From: Candidatus Latescibacterota bacterium
Lineage (GTDB): Bacteria > Latescibacterota > UBA2968 > GCA-2709665
Length of the DNA: 64,000 bases
Direction of reading: 5' to 3'
NCBI GenBank assembly: GCA_965219455.1
Contig: OZ244744.1
Location: forward strand, 256,001-320,000
The position numbers and the translations under genes are program-made. Positions 38,062 to 47,976 of this stretch are shown in pieces. The notes under the pieces were generated by a model, which did not search any database, was not told the origin of the DNA, and saw only the letters and a list, made by a program, of their open reading frames with translations. How positions within the stretch are numbered: position 1 is the first letter of the stretch; every line of letters starts with the position of its first letter.

Positions 38062-38775
38062 TTGCACCTGCCCGTCGCGATACTTATCGATCTGGATGAT
38101 ACCATCGTCTCCTATTCCACGTATGCGGAACCGTGCTGGAAACGGGTCTGCGACCGGGCGGCCGGCAGGATTGACGGGGCGAATGCGAATGAGCTGTACA
38201 GGACGCTCACCGAGGCCCGTACGTGGTTCTGGGGCGATCCCGAACGGCACCGGGCGAACCGTCAGAACATGCTCCTTGCAACTCAGCGCGTCGTCCACCA
38301 TGGCTTGCGCCGTCTCGGCATAGAAAACTGGGAACTGGCGGGCACGATTGCCCTATCTTACGACCGGGAGCGCAGGAAGACGATAAAGCCGTTTCCAGGT
38401 GCCCTCGAGACCCTTCGCATACTTCGCCACAACAGCGTGCGGATGGCCCTGGTGACCAACGGAGGGGCCGAACCCCAGCGGGAAAAGATACGCAGATTCA
38501 ACCTGGAGCCATTCTTTGACGCCATCCTTATCGAAGGAGAATGTGGCTACGGGAAACCGGATATTCGAATCTATTCGGATGCGCTGCGCCTGCTGAACGC
38601 CAACCCTGAAGATGCGTGGATGATCGGCGACAACCTGGAGTGGGAGGTCGCGGTTCCGCAGAAACTGGGAATTTACTGCGTCTGGAACGACGCCCGGGGC
38701 AAGGGCCTGCCGGAAGACAGTGAAATTCGTCCGGACCGAATCATCAGATCCCTGCCGGAGCTTCTGGAAACCTGA
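38062..38775 (+). CDS. HAD-superfamily hydrolase (YjjG/YigB-like nucleotidase)
   Basis: DLDDT, VTNG, GKP and IGDN motifs; TTG start with AAGGGA RBS. Confidence 0.9.
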   Translation: MHLPVAILIDLDDTIVSYSTYAEPCWKRVCDRAAGRIDGANANELYRTLTEARTWFWGDPERHRANRQNMLLATQRVVHHGLRRLGIENWELAGTIALSYDRERRKTIKPFPGALETLRILRHNSVRMALVTNGGAEPQREKIRRFNLEPFFDAILIEGECGYGKPDIRIYSDALRLLNANPEDAWMIGDNLEWEVAVPQKLGIYCVWNDARGKGLPEDSEIRPDRIIRSLPELLET

Positions 38776-38884
38776 TGTTCTGTCCCGGAAACAGGTCGCC
38801 ATTCTTCCGACGATTCATCCCGTCTCGCTGTGTTGCCTTCGCTCGTCGGCCGAATTTCAGCAATCTATATCCGGGTCAGAACAC
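38776..38884. mobile_element. MITE family B, short form (~108 bp)
   Basis: Imperfect terminal inverted repeats TGTTCTGTCCCGGAAACAG / CTATATCCGGGTCAGAACA (16/19 match); homologous to 5292-5561 and 47236-47272; starts right after the HAD stop codon. Confidence 0.75.
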
Positions 38885-38923
38885 GAGAACCGTTTCGTCC
38901 CAATTGTCAACGTCGGACAGGAA

Positions 38924-41900
38924 ATGAGACTGACCGTGGGCCTTTTTCATCTATACCGCACGCCGCACCTCTCCCCGACGCAAACGGACACCCTGCTCAG
39001 CCAGGTCAGACAGAACATCTGCTACCGTGTTTTTCGGCTCGAAACCGAAGCCTGCTTCAATGTCGAACTGGAGGGTACGTTGACCTCCGAAGAACGGCAG
39101 CGACTCGCCTGGCTGCTGAGCGAGACATTCGAACCAGGAAAACTCAACACGACGCCGTTTCTGGGCGCCGGCGGTACAGTTATCGAAGTCGGACCACGTT
39201 TGAACTTCAGCACGGCCTGGTCTACGAACGCCGTTTCCGTCTGCCACGCCTGCGACCTGGCGAAAATCAGGCGCATCGAGAGGTCCAGGCGTTATCTGCT
39301 GATACCCGGCCTGACGCGCGATCAACGATCCGCATTTCTGGAAATGATCCATGACCGCATGACCGAATGCGAATACGGCACGCCAATGGCCACCTTCGAA
39401 ACCGGAGCGCAACCCGAGCCCGTCTCCGAAGTTCCGCTCATTCAGGAAGGCAGGCCGGCGCTGGAACGCATCAACAAAGCGTTGGGGCTGGCCTTTGACG
39501 AATGGGATCTCGACTATTATACGGACCTCTTTCTGGACCACCTCCAACGAAATCCCACGAATGTGGAATGTTTCGACATTGCCCAGTCCAACAGCGAACA
39601 CTCCCGTCACTGGTTCTTTCGAGGTCGGCTGACGATCGACGGCGAAGAAATGCCGGAACATCTCCTGGGCATGATTCAACAACCCCTTAGCGCCAATCCC
39701 GGCAACAGCACCATCGCGTTCAGGGATAACGCGAGCGGCATCAGAGGCTATCCCACAAGGACCATCCTGCCCGCCAGGCCCGGGGAACCGAGTCCATTCG
39801 CCGCTTCCGTACGGGACTACGACATCATTTTCACCGCTGAAACGCACAACTTTCCCACCGGAGTAGCGCCCTTCCCAGGTGCTGAAACCGGTACGGGCGG
39901 ACGCATCCGGGACGTGCATGCCGCCGGTCGCGGCTCCCTTGTTGTTGCCGGCACCGCGGCCTACTGCGTGGGCAACCTGCGCATTCCCGACTATGAAATG
40001 CCCTGGGAGGACCAGGCGTTCGAATATTCCGACAATTTCGCCTCTCCGCTCCGGATTGAGATTGAAGCCAGCAACGGCGCGTCCGACTACGGCAACAAAT
40101 TCGGCGAACCGCTCATTCAGGGCTATACCCGTGCTTTCGGTCTTCGATTGCCGAACGGGCAGCGCCGCGAATGGATCAAACCCATTATGTTCACCGGCGG
40201 CATCGGCCAGATCGATGCCCGGCACACAGAAAAAGGAAGCCCTGAAAAAAAGATGTGGGTGGTCAAACTCGGTGGCCCGGCATATCGCATCGGGATGGGG
40301 GGCGGGGCGGCTTCGTCGATGGTACAGGGTGAGAACACGGCGGAACTGGACTTCAACGCCGTTCAGCGGGGCGATGCTGAAATGGAGCAGAAAGTAAACC
40401 GGGTCATCCGCGCCTGCGTTGAACTGGGCGAGGATAACCCCATCGTCAGCATCCACGACCAGGGGGCCGGCGGAAACTGCAACGTACTCAAGGAAATCGT
40501 AGCGCCGGAAGGCGCCCGCATCCACGTTCGCGCGCTGCCTGTTGGCGACCGGTCGCTTTCCGTGCTGGAAATCTGGGGTGCAGAATACCAGGAAAACGAC
40601 GCCCTGCTTCTGCATCCCCGACACGAGGACGCATTCAAAACCCTGTGCAGACGGGAGAAGATACAGGCGGCCTTTGTGGGGCACGTAACCGGAAACGGAA
40701 GAATTGTCCTCTATGACGAAGCCGACAACACGACCCCCGTCGACCTGGAACTGGACAAAGTGCTGGGCGACATGCCGCGCAAGAACTTTGAATTGTTTCG
40801 TAAACCGGCCGAACTGACGCCTCTCCATCTGCCCGAAGAAATCACCGTAGAGTCCGCATTGGAGAGAGTACTGCGCCTCGTGTCAGTTGGCTCCAAACGT
40901 TTTCTGACCAACAAGGTCGACCGGAGCGTAACCGGCCTGGTTGCCCGCCAGCAATGCGCCGGGCCTCTCCAACTCACGGTTTCGGACGTGGCCGTGATCG
41001 CGCAGAGCCACTTCGGCACAACAGGCGCCGCAACGGCCATTGGGGAACAACCTGTAATCGGCCTGCTGAACCCCGAGGCGATGGCTCGGATGAGTGTCGG
41101 AGAAGCGCTAACCAATCTGGTGTGGGCCCAGGTCAGCGCATTGGAAGACGTCAAATGCTCTGGAAACTGGATGTGGGCCGCAAAACTACCGGGCGAAGGC
41201 GCCGCGCTATACGATGCAGCCAAGTCCCTGGTGGATATTATGCTTAAACTGGGTATCGCTATAGACGGCGGGAAAGACAGTCTTTCCATGGCCGCGCTGG
41301 CGCCCGGATCGGAGGGGAACGGCGAGACCGTGACCGCGCCCGGGGCACTGGTCATTTCGGCCTATGTAACCTGTCCGGATGTCACCAAAACCGTCACACC
41401 GGACCTGAAACTCCCTGACGAGGGTCACCTGCTCTTCATCGACCTGGCCAGCGGCAAGACCCGCCTGGGAGGCTCGGCCCTGGCCCAGGTGTTTGGTCAG
41501 ATCGGCGATACACCGCCCGACGTTGACGACCCCGGTCTGCTTAAACGCGCGTTCAACGCCATGCAGAAACTCATTGCCGAAAAAAACGTGGCCGCAGGCC
41601 ACGACCGGAGCGACGGCGGCATTCTCACCAGCCTGCTCGAAATGGCTTTCGCCGGGAACTGCGGCATCTGCATCGATCTTCCGACGTCCTCAGATCCGAT
41701 CGCGTCTCTCTTTTCCGAGGAGATGGGCCTGGTTTTCGAAGTGCACGCCAGGAAAGTACAGCACGTTCTTGAAACCCTCAGGGCCGCTGACGTGCCCTGT
41801 GTTCCCATCGGTACGACCCATGCGGACACTTCGGTACATATCGCAATAAACGGCATGTCCGTACTCAACGACGACATGGAGAACCTGCGTGATCTATGGG

Positions 41901-42847
41901 AGGAAACGAGCTACCGTCTCGAACGGCTTCAAGCAAACCCGCAGTGTGTCGAAAAGGAACGCCTCTCGCTGAAGCAGCGCACCGGACCCCGATACACCCT
42001 TCCGTTTACGCCTGCGCCAACTGCGCCCGAAATACTGGGATCCCAAACAAAGATTCCAGTTGCTATCGTCCGCGAGGAAGGCAGCAACGGCGACCGTGAA
42101 ATGGCCTCGGCGTTCCATGCGGCGGGCCTGGAACCCTGGGACGTGACCATGTCCGATCTTCAGGCCGATCGGATCCGACTGGACGCCTTTCAAGGCGTCG
42201 CCTTTGTAGGTGGATTCAGTTATGCCGACGTCTTGGACTCCGCCAAAGGCTGGGCCGGGGTCATCCGGTTCAGTCCGCGTCTCCGGGATCAGTTTCAATC
42301 GTTCTACGAACGGCCCGACACATTCAGTCTCGGAGTCTGTAACGGCTGCCAGTTGATGGCCCTGCTCGGATGGGTGCCCTGGCCGGGAATCGAGACCAGG
42401 GTCCAACCGCGCTTTGTCCAGAATACATCGGGGCGTTTTGAGTCTCGCTTCGTCACGGCGCAGATCCAGGAGAGTCCGGCGGTGATGCTCAGGCACATGG
42501 CCGGCACTTCCCTGGGCATCTGGGTTGCCCACGGTGAAGGCCGAATCCACTTCCCCAACCCCGAAACGCTGGAACGGGTCATGCAGAACGACCTGGCCCC
42601 CATCCGTTACGTCGACGACGGCAATCGAATAAGCGAGGACTATCCGTTCAACCCCAATGGCTCTCCCCACGGCATCGCCGCCCTCTGTTCTCCCGACGGA
42701 CGCCACCTTGCGATGATGCCGCATCCCGAACGGACGTTTTTGAAGTGGCAATGGGGTTGGATGCCTGAATCCTGGAAGAATTGCCTGAGCGCTTCGCCCT
42801 GGTTGCGGATCTTTCAGAACGCCCGGGAATGGTGCGAGGAAATATAG
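38924..42847 (+). CDS. purL: Phosphoribosylformylglycinamidine synthase, large single-chain form
   Basis: SNSEHSRHWFF, ETHNFPT, HDQGAGG, GGKDSLSM; glutaminase domain GVCNGCQ and MMPHPER. Confidence 0.97.
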   Translation: MRLTVGLFHLYRTPHLSPTQTDTLLSQVRQNICYRVFRLETEACFNVELEGTLTSEERQRLAWLLSETFEPGKLNTTPFLGAGGTVIEVGPRLNFSTAWSTNAVSVCHACDLAKIRRIERSRRYLLIPGLTRDQRSAFLEMIHDRMTECEYGTPMATFETGAQPEPVSEVPLIQEGRPALERINKALGLAFDEWDLDYYTDLFLDHLQRNPTNVECFDIAQSNSEHSRHWFFRGRLTIDGEEMPEHLLGMIQQPLSANPGNSTIAFRDNASGIRGYPTRTILPARPGEPSPFAASVRDYDIIFTAETHNFPTGVAPFPGAETGTGGRIRDVHAAGRGSLVVAGTAAYCVGNLRIPDYEMPWEDQAFEYSDNFASPLRIEIEASNGASDYGNKFGEPLIQGYTRAFGLRLPNGQRREWIKPIMFTGGIGQIDARHTEKGSPEKKMWVVKLGGPAYRIGMGGGAASSMVQGENTAELDFNAVQRGDAEMEQKVNRVIRACVELGEDNPIVSIHDQGAGGNCNVLKEIVAPEGARIHVRALPVGDRSLSVLEIWGAEYQENDALLLHPRHEDAFKTLCRREKIQAAFVGHVTGNGRIVLYDEADNTTPVDLELDKVLGDMPRKNFELFRKPAELTPLHLPEEITVESALERVLRLVSVGSKRFLTNKVDRSVTGLVARQQCAGPLQLTVSDVAVIAQSHFGTTGAATAIGEQPVIGLLNPEAMARMSVGEALTNLVWAQVSALEDVKCSGNWMWAAKLPGEGAALYDAAKSLVDIMLKLGIAIDGGKDSLSMAALAPGSEGNGETVTAPGALVISAYVTCPDVTKTVTPDLKLPDEGHLLFIDLASGKTRLGGSALAQVFGQIGDTPPDVDDPGLLKRAFNAMQKLIAEKNVAAGHDRSDGGILTSLLEMAFAGNCGICIDLPTSSDPIASLFSEEMGLVFEVHARKVQHVLETLRAADVPCVPIGTTHADTSVHIAINGMSVLNDDMENLRDLWEETSYRLERLQANPQCVEKERLSLKQRTGPRYTLPFTPAPTAPEILGSQTKIPVAIVREEGSNGDREMASAFHAAGLEPWDVTMSDLQADRIRLDAFQGVAFVGGFSYADVLDSAKGWAGVIRFSPRLRDQFQSFYERPDTFSLGVCNGCQLMALLGWVPWPGIETRVQPRFVQNTSGRFESRFVTAQIQESPAVMLRHMAGTSLGIWVAHGEGRIHFPNPETLERVMQNDLAPIRYVDDGNRISEDYPFNPNGSPHGIAALCSPDGRHLAMMPHPERTFLKWQWGWMPESWKNCLSASPWLRIFQNAREWCEEI

Positions 42848-42968
42848 GGAAGGAACGAGGGCGGGACCTCGTGGCAAACGTACCGAAGCCTGTCATCGGA
42901 AGGGTCGACTAAGCAACGGCGTGGGCGCCGTATCCGTGCCGGGATGAATCGTTGAATAGGGGGGTGCG

Positions 42969-43814
42969 ATGGCTGCAACGGTTCTGGATGGAAAAAAACT
43001 TGCCAGAAAGATTGAAATTGAACTGAAACACCGGGTGGCACGCATCAGGGTAAGGGCTGGCGGTCAGGTCCCTGTCCTGGCCACCATCCTGGTCGGAGAC
43101 GACCCCGCCTCGGCCACCTACGTGCGAATGAAGGGCAACGCCTGCAAACGGGTGGGAATGGATTCTTTGAAGATCCTGCTTCCGGAAGAAACGTCCACAC
43201 GCGAACTCCTGGCCGAGATCGAGAAGCTCAACGCCGATCCCCACGTACACGGAATTCTACTACAGCACCCGGTTCCCGCCCACGTCCAGGAGCGGACGTG
43301 CTTCGACCGGATCTCGCTCGAGAAGGATGTGGATGGCGTCACGGTGCACGGATTTGGCCTTATGGCTATGGGTGCATCGGCATATGGGGCGGCGACACCC
43401 GCAGGCATCATGAAGCTTCTTCTGCATTATGATATCCCGCTGGAAGGCAGAAACGCCGTTGTCATCGGTCGAAGCCCTATTCTGGGCAAACCGATGGCCA
43501 TGATGCTGCTGAATGCAAACGCGACCGTGACCATCTGTCATTCCAGAACCCGAAATCTGCCCCGAATTCTCCGCTCGGCCGACATTGTCGTTGGCGCGGT
43601 AGGGCAACCGGAGTTCATCAAGGCCGACTGGATCGCAGGCAATGCCGTTGTCATCGATGCCGGTTACCATCCGGGCCCTGTCGGAGACGTGGAACTCCCG
43701 GCCGTTGTCCACAGATGCGCGGCCTACACCCCGGTGCCGGGTGGTGTTGGACCGATGACCATTGCCACGCTAATCACCCAGACCGTGGAATCCGCGGAGA
43801 GAAGTATCGCCTGA
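42969..43814 (+). CDS. folD: Methylene-THF dehydrogenase/cyclohydrolase
   Basis: YVRMK, KDVDG, GRS..LGKP and [10 protein letters not shown] motifs. Confidence 0.97.
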   Translation: MAATVLDGKKLARKIEIELKHRVARIRVRAGGQVPVLATILVGDDPASATYVRMKGNACKRVGMDSLKILLPEETSTRELLAEIEKLNADPHVHGILLQHPVPAHVQERTCFDRISLEKDVDGVTVHGFGLMAMGASAYGAATPAGIMKLLLHYDIPLEGRNAVVIGRSPILGKPMAMMLLNANATVTICHSRTRNLPRILRSADIVVGAVGQPEFIKADWIAGNAVVIDAGYHPGPVGDVELPAVVHRCAAYTPVPGGVGPMTIATLITQTVESAERSIA

Positions 43815-43893
43815 TCCGGCCGCACGGACGCAAACGAACGCCGATCAGGCCTGTTTCACACGTCGCCCCGCTACCCCACTGCGCGCGACAGCC

Positions 43894-46800
43894 TCATCGC
43901 GCTTGCGTCCGCACGTCCCCCTCCAGCATTCGAATCACCAGAAGCGTCATATCGTCCGGCTGGGACGCATCTCCCTTGAAACGGTAAACGTCTTCGAGGA
44001 TTACCGAGACCAGGTCCCCGGCGCTTGCCCGAATATGCGCCTTGATCGTTCGTTCCAGCCGATCCGTCTCGTAGAACTCCCCGGCCACGTTTCTCATATC
44101 GGTCACGCCATCGCTGTAGAACACCAGCAAATCATGAGGTGCGACCTGGATGACGGCCTCGGCGTGCCCGCCGGGACTTCCCGGAGGCAACGCCATGCCC
44201 AGCGGAATGGACGGCAGGTGAATCGCGCGCAATTCATGAGCGCTGGCGCAATAATGGTACGGGAAGGGATGAGCGGCATTGATCAGCTGCACGCACCGTG
44301 TCTCAAGATCCAGCGTGCCAAGGCAGCAGGTGACAAAGCTGGCCTCATTCATCTGCTCCTTCAAATCCTCGTCCAGCCGCCTCGCTACCTCGTTCAGCGG
44401 CTTATTGCCTCGAAATTCGTATCGGAAAATGCCGCTTAACTGCATCGCGTGGACGGCCGCCTCCATCGCCTTTCCCGACACGTCTGCCGCGCCAAAGCCC
44501 AGTTTCCGGCGAGATTCGTCCAGCCAGAAATAATTGAAATAATCGCCACCGACGTGGTTCGCGGGCGCGCAGACTCCTGCAATTTCAAAAGAATCGTCTC
44601 GTATCGGGGCCGTAGGCAGCAGACCCATCTGCATCCTGTGCGCCTTCTGTAACTCGGATTCCAATTCGTGAATCTGGCGGGCCTGGGCCTCCTGCCACCG
44701 TCGGTGCCGTTGCAGCGCAACTCCGGACGAAACGCCAAGGGCCACGATTGAGAATACACTGAGCGCCACGAACCACGGACGCCGCCACACGGGTGCCAGA
44801 ACTACGAAATGATGCCGCGCGGGCGTAGGATCGATATTGAATTCCCGGTCCATCGCACGAACTTCAAAGGTATGACGCCCGGGATCGAGCCCGCTCAAAA
44901 GCGTATGATCTTCAGCTGCAAACGGGGTCCAGATTCCAGGCGTTCTGACCCGAACAAACGGCATCCAAACCTCTCCGTTGAGCCTCCACGCGTATTTCAA
45001 CTCATGTGTCGGTGTCTTTTTCCACGCGTCCCGACCGGAGAATTTGAACAGGACACTCTGGTAGGGCGCCACCTCGTTGGAAGGCATGGAAAGTGTGGTT
45101 TCAGGCGCATCGGTGTCCCGCGAATAACATCCCAGTCCCTTCTCAGTAGCAAACCATAACCGTCCGTCCCTGTCCTGCGCGATGTCCCACACACGGGCGC
45201 CAGGAAGGCCGCTTCGCGTCGTGTAACGCGTCCAGGTCTCACCATCGGTATGTACCGCCCCAATCGCAAGGGAGGCCAACCATAGTATCCCATCGTCATC
45301 CACGAAAAGCCGGTGTGCCCCCCCGAAAACCGTTTGATCTCCCTTGGGCACAGCCTCCCACATACCCTGATTGTACCGAAACATCCCCTTGAAGCGCGTT
45401 GCGGCCCAGACCGCGCCGTGCGCCTCCGCCAGCGCGATGACCGGCTCGCCAGGCAACCCGTCGACTGGCGCAAAAATCTGACGTTCACCGTCTCTCTCCA
45501 GAACCACACCGCCATCGGCGCCTAGCCAGAGAGCGCCGTCGGCGGACTCGTATACCGCACTCACGCCTCCTTCTATTTCCGGCGCATGCGCCAACCAATC
45601 CGTTCCATCGAATCGAAACAACCCACGCCGCGTGCCCACCCAAACGCCACCCGCAAGCGCGGGAAATATCGACAGAATACGAGACCTCGGGCCGGTTGCG
45701 GGCAGTTCGAACACCTTCCAGTCTGTCCCGTCAAAACTCAGCACCCGCCGACCGATCGCCGCCCACATCCTGCCGCCCTTTGCTCTCCTCAGATCTACGA
45801 CACGCCCGAACCCGGGACGGCGACGTCCACTACGAATTCGGTACGCCTTCTCCCAGGTCCCACGCTCAAAACCGTAAATCCCCTCTCCGGTGGCCGCCCA
45901 AAGGCGTCCATCGTCCGTTCGTTCAAGGGCGACGCCTCCCCTGTCATCCGCGCCCACCCACCGATTGTGGTGATCCCATCCCGTTGCGCCGTACCGCGCG
46001 ACACCCCACGCCGTTCCCACCCAGACGGTTCCGTCTCTGCCGACACGGACGGATGTGACCAGATTGCTGGGGAGGCCGTTCTCTTCCGTAAAAACCTGAT
46101 GAATCCGCCAGCGACCCCCGGCCGACGATTCCCTTTCAGATGTCGTGAATCGAACGACACCACCGACGGTTCCCACCCATACCGACCCATCAGGCGCCGA
46201 TGCGACGGACAGCACCCGATCCGCGGGCAATCCGTCAGCCGCAGCAAACACCTGCCAATTTACACCATCGTAACGCAATACTCCCCGGCTTTCGGTACCC
46301 AGCCAGACGGCGCCGTCGGTCGCCTGCGCCATCTCGGTCACCGCGCCTATCGCCAGTTCCCCGGGCGCAGCCACCTGCTTCCATTCTTTCGTCTCAGGGT
46401 CGAACCGGCTTACGCCCCGACCCGGCCCGCGTCTGGACGGGGGCGAAAACGCGCCCGGACGCCGCCCCGCGTACGCCGCCCACACGGCCCCGTCTTTCGA
46501 ACGAAACAGACATTGCACGTGGTTGGACGCCAGTCCATCCTCTTCGTCGATGGTCTTCCATTCGTCACCGGCATAGTGGAGTATACCCAAGCCCGCCGTT
46601 GCGAAACAGAGGCCGCCCTCTCCGACGCCGACAATCGGCCCCACGACGACGTCCGCAAGCTTTCCGGGCAGTTTGACTGGTTCCCACCGGTCGCCCGTCA
46701 GACGGGCGATGTGGTTTTCAGCCTGCCCGCGAAATCCGAGTCCCCCTGTGGCCCACAGGGTGCCGTTCTCCGCTTCGAAGAGCTCGCCGAAACTGCTGCC

Positions 46801-47031
46801 GGGCAACCCCTCTTCTTCGCCATAGGTGCGCCATGCTCGACCGTCATAGCGGGATATACCCTCCCGTGTGGCGAACCAGAGCGCGCCGTCTCGCGTCTCT
46901 ACGACTGCCGTCACCATGTTGTGGGCAAGTCCGTCTTCCTGTCGGTACACCGTCCAATCCAACTTCTGGCGGGCCGACAAGCACGGATGGATACCAAAAA
47001 AAAGAATCAAACCGATACAAACTCTTAACAT
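43894..47031 (-). CDS. Membrane sensor: Reg_prop beta-propeller repeats, Y_Y_Y domain, one TM helix and a SpoIIE/PP2C phosphatase
   Basis: Signal peptide; repeated DGL..N.V....DG.LW.GT..G; L.PG.HTFEVRA; PVWRRPWF TM; VGGDYF, DVSGK, FYSDG and DDMT motifs. Confidence 0.9.
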   Translation of the reverse strand: MLRVCIGLILFFGIHPCLSARQKLDWTVYRQEDGLAHNMVTAVVETRDGALWFATREGISRYDGRAWRTYGEEEGLPGSSFGELFEAENGTLWATGGLGFRGQAENHIARLTGDRWEPVKLPGKLADVVVGPIVGVGEGGLCFATAGLGILHYAGDEWKTIDEEDGLASNHVQCLFRSKDGAVWAAYAGRRPGAFSPPSRRGPGRGVSRFDPETKEWKQVAAPGELAIGAVTEMAQATDGAVWLGTESRGVLRYDGVNWQVFAAADGLPADRVLSVASAPDGSVWVGTVGGVVRFTTSERESSAGGRWRIHQVFTEENGLPSNLVTSVRVGRDGTVWVGTAWGVARYGATGWDHHNRWVGADDRGGVALERTDDGRLWAATGEGIYGFERGTWEKAYRIRSGRRRPGFGRVVDLRRAKGGRMWAAIGRRVLSFDGTDWKVFELPATGPRSRILSIFPALAGGVWVGTRRGLFRFDGTDWLAHAPEIEGGVSAVYESADGALWLGADGGVVLERDGERQIFAPVDGLPGEPVIALAEAHGAVWAATRFKGMFRYNQGMWEAVPKGDQTVFGGAHRLFVDDDGILWLASLAIGAVHTDGETWTRYTTRSGLPGARVWDIAQDRDGRLWFATEKGLGCYSRDTDAPETTLSMPSNEVAPYQSVLFKFSGRDAWKKTPTHELKYAWRLNGEVWMPFVRVRTPGIWTPFAAEDHTLLSGLDPGRHTFEVRAMDREFNIDPTPARHHFVVLAPVWRRPWFVALSVFSIVALGVSSGVALQRHRRWQEAQARQIHELESELQKAHRMQMGLLPTAPIRDDSFEIAGVCAPANHVGGDYFNYFWLDESRRKLGFGAADVSGKAMEAAVHAMQLSGIFRYEFRGNKPLNEVARRLDEDLKEQMNEASFVTCCLGTLDLETRCVQLINAAHPFPYHYCASAHELRAIHLPSIPLGMALPPGSPGGHAEAVIQVAPHDLLVFYSDGVTDMRNVAGEFYETDRLERTIKAHIRASAGDLVSVILEDVYRFKGDASQPDDMTLLVIRMLEGDVRTQAR

Positions 47032-47198
47032 TTGTCCTTACAACCCCTTCCGGGCCCCTGCACTTTGCGCGCTGTAAGTGTAAGCAAAAACCGAAAATGA
47101 ACTCAAATGGCGATTACAACGGGGATAACTCTGAAAACACGACGGCCGCCTTAAAAAAACAGACGACCGTACTCCACCCCAACAGGCAGCGGGTCTAA

Positions 47199-47315
47199 CA
47201 GTCCGTTGAAAAAGTCGCTCTGCAGGCGAGGTATCGTGTTCTGTCCCGGAAATAGATTGCCGAAATTCGGCCCCAAGAGCCGGCCGCAGACCGGATGGGC
47301 TTTTTCAACGGGCTG
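47199..47315. mobile_element. MITE family A copy (117 bp), chimeric with a family B end
   Basis: TIRs CAGTCCGTTGAAAAAG / CTTTTTCAACGGGCTG; flanks CTAA and CCAA; ends match 55548-55706 in reverse orientation (49/51 and 31/33). Confidence 0.8.
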
Positions 47316-47322
47316 CCAAGTT

Positions 47323-47931
47323 TCAGGCGACCGTATCCACTTCCTGGATGATTCCGATCACATCGCGCAAAACGTCTACGGGTTTCCGTTCCCCGGCGAC
47401 CCTGCGTATCACATCGGCCGGAAAATAATCCAGCAGAGGGGCGGTTTCCCGCTCGAATTCCCGAAGCCGCCGCCTTATAACCGCTTCGCTGGCGTCGTCG
47501 AGCCGATTTTCTCTGAGCGCCCGGCGCAGCGCACGTGTGACCAGGACGTTGTCATCGGCTATATCCAGATAGATGAGCAAATTGAGGTCGATATAGTCCG
47601 CCATCATTTCGGCCTGGCGCAAGTTGCGTGGAATGCCGTCGAGAACAAGCACCTCCTCTTCCGGTCGGAAACCACCGTTATGAATGGCGCCTCGAATATG
47701 GTCCAGCCACAGTTGAACGGTGAACTGGTCCGGAACCAGCCGGCCCTTGCCCGAGTAGGCCAGAAAGATCTTGCCCAACTCACTGCTCGGATCCAGCGAC
47801 CTGAAAACGTCCCCGCAGGCCAGGTGGTGGAATCCCGGAATCTTCCCAAGTATTTTTCCCTGCGTCCCCTTGCCCGACCCGGGCGCGCCAACGACCAGAA
47901 TTGTCCGATGTTTTTCCGATTGATCAATCAT
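47323..47931 (-). CDS. adk: Adenylate/nucleoside monophosphate kinase (short-LID type)
   Basis: GAPGSGKGTQ, GDVFR, G.LVPD, LDGIPR and R.DD.....RR motifs. Confidence 0.85.
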   Translation of the reverse strand: MIDQSEKHRTILVVGAPGSGKGTQGKILGKIPGFHHLACGDVFRSLDPSSELGKIFLAYSGKGRLVPDQFTVQLWLDHIRGAIHNGGFRPEEEVLVLDGIPRNLRQAEMMADYIDLNLLIYLDIADDNVLVTRALRRALRENRLDDASEAVIRRRLREFERETAPLLDYFPADVIRRVAGERKPVDVLRDVIGIIQEVDTVA

Positions 47932-47976
47932 TCCGCCGCTCCTCGATACGTTCAGGCCTCTGGCCTTCGAAGTCAT

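Noticed and set aside
38951-40828. Long antisense ORFs (e.g. 38951-40828, 47206-48990, 45586-47028, 7875-9275, 19809-21041)
   Set aside because: They shadow well-supported genes on the opposite strand, are expected at high GC, and show no recognisable motifs.
42848-42968. Possible ZTP or THF riboswitch between purL and folD (short hairpins ACGAGG/CCTCGT and ACGGCG/CGCCGT)
   Set aside because: Lacks the GACUG...GGGA...CGCCUGGG core of ZTP and the THF consensus. An Infernal/Rfam scan would settle it.
44910-44975. Apparent WMPF/WTPF duplication and a GTTCTGACCCG match to the MITE-B end inside the sensor gene
   Set aside because: The match is short and in-frame with no second TIR; likely chance or a small local duplication.
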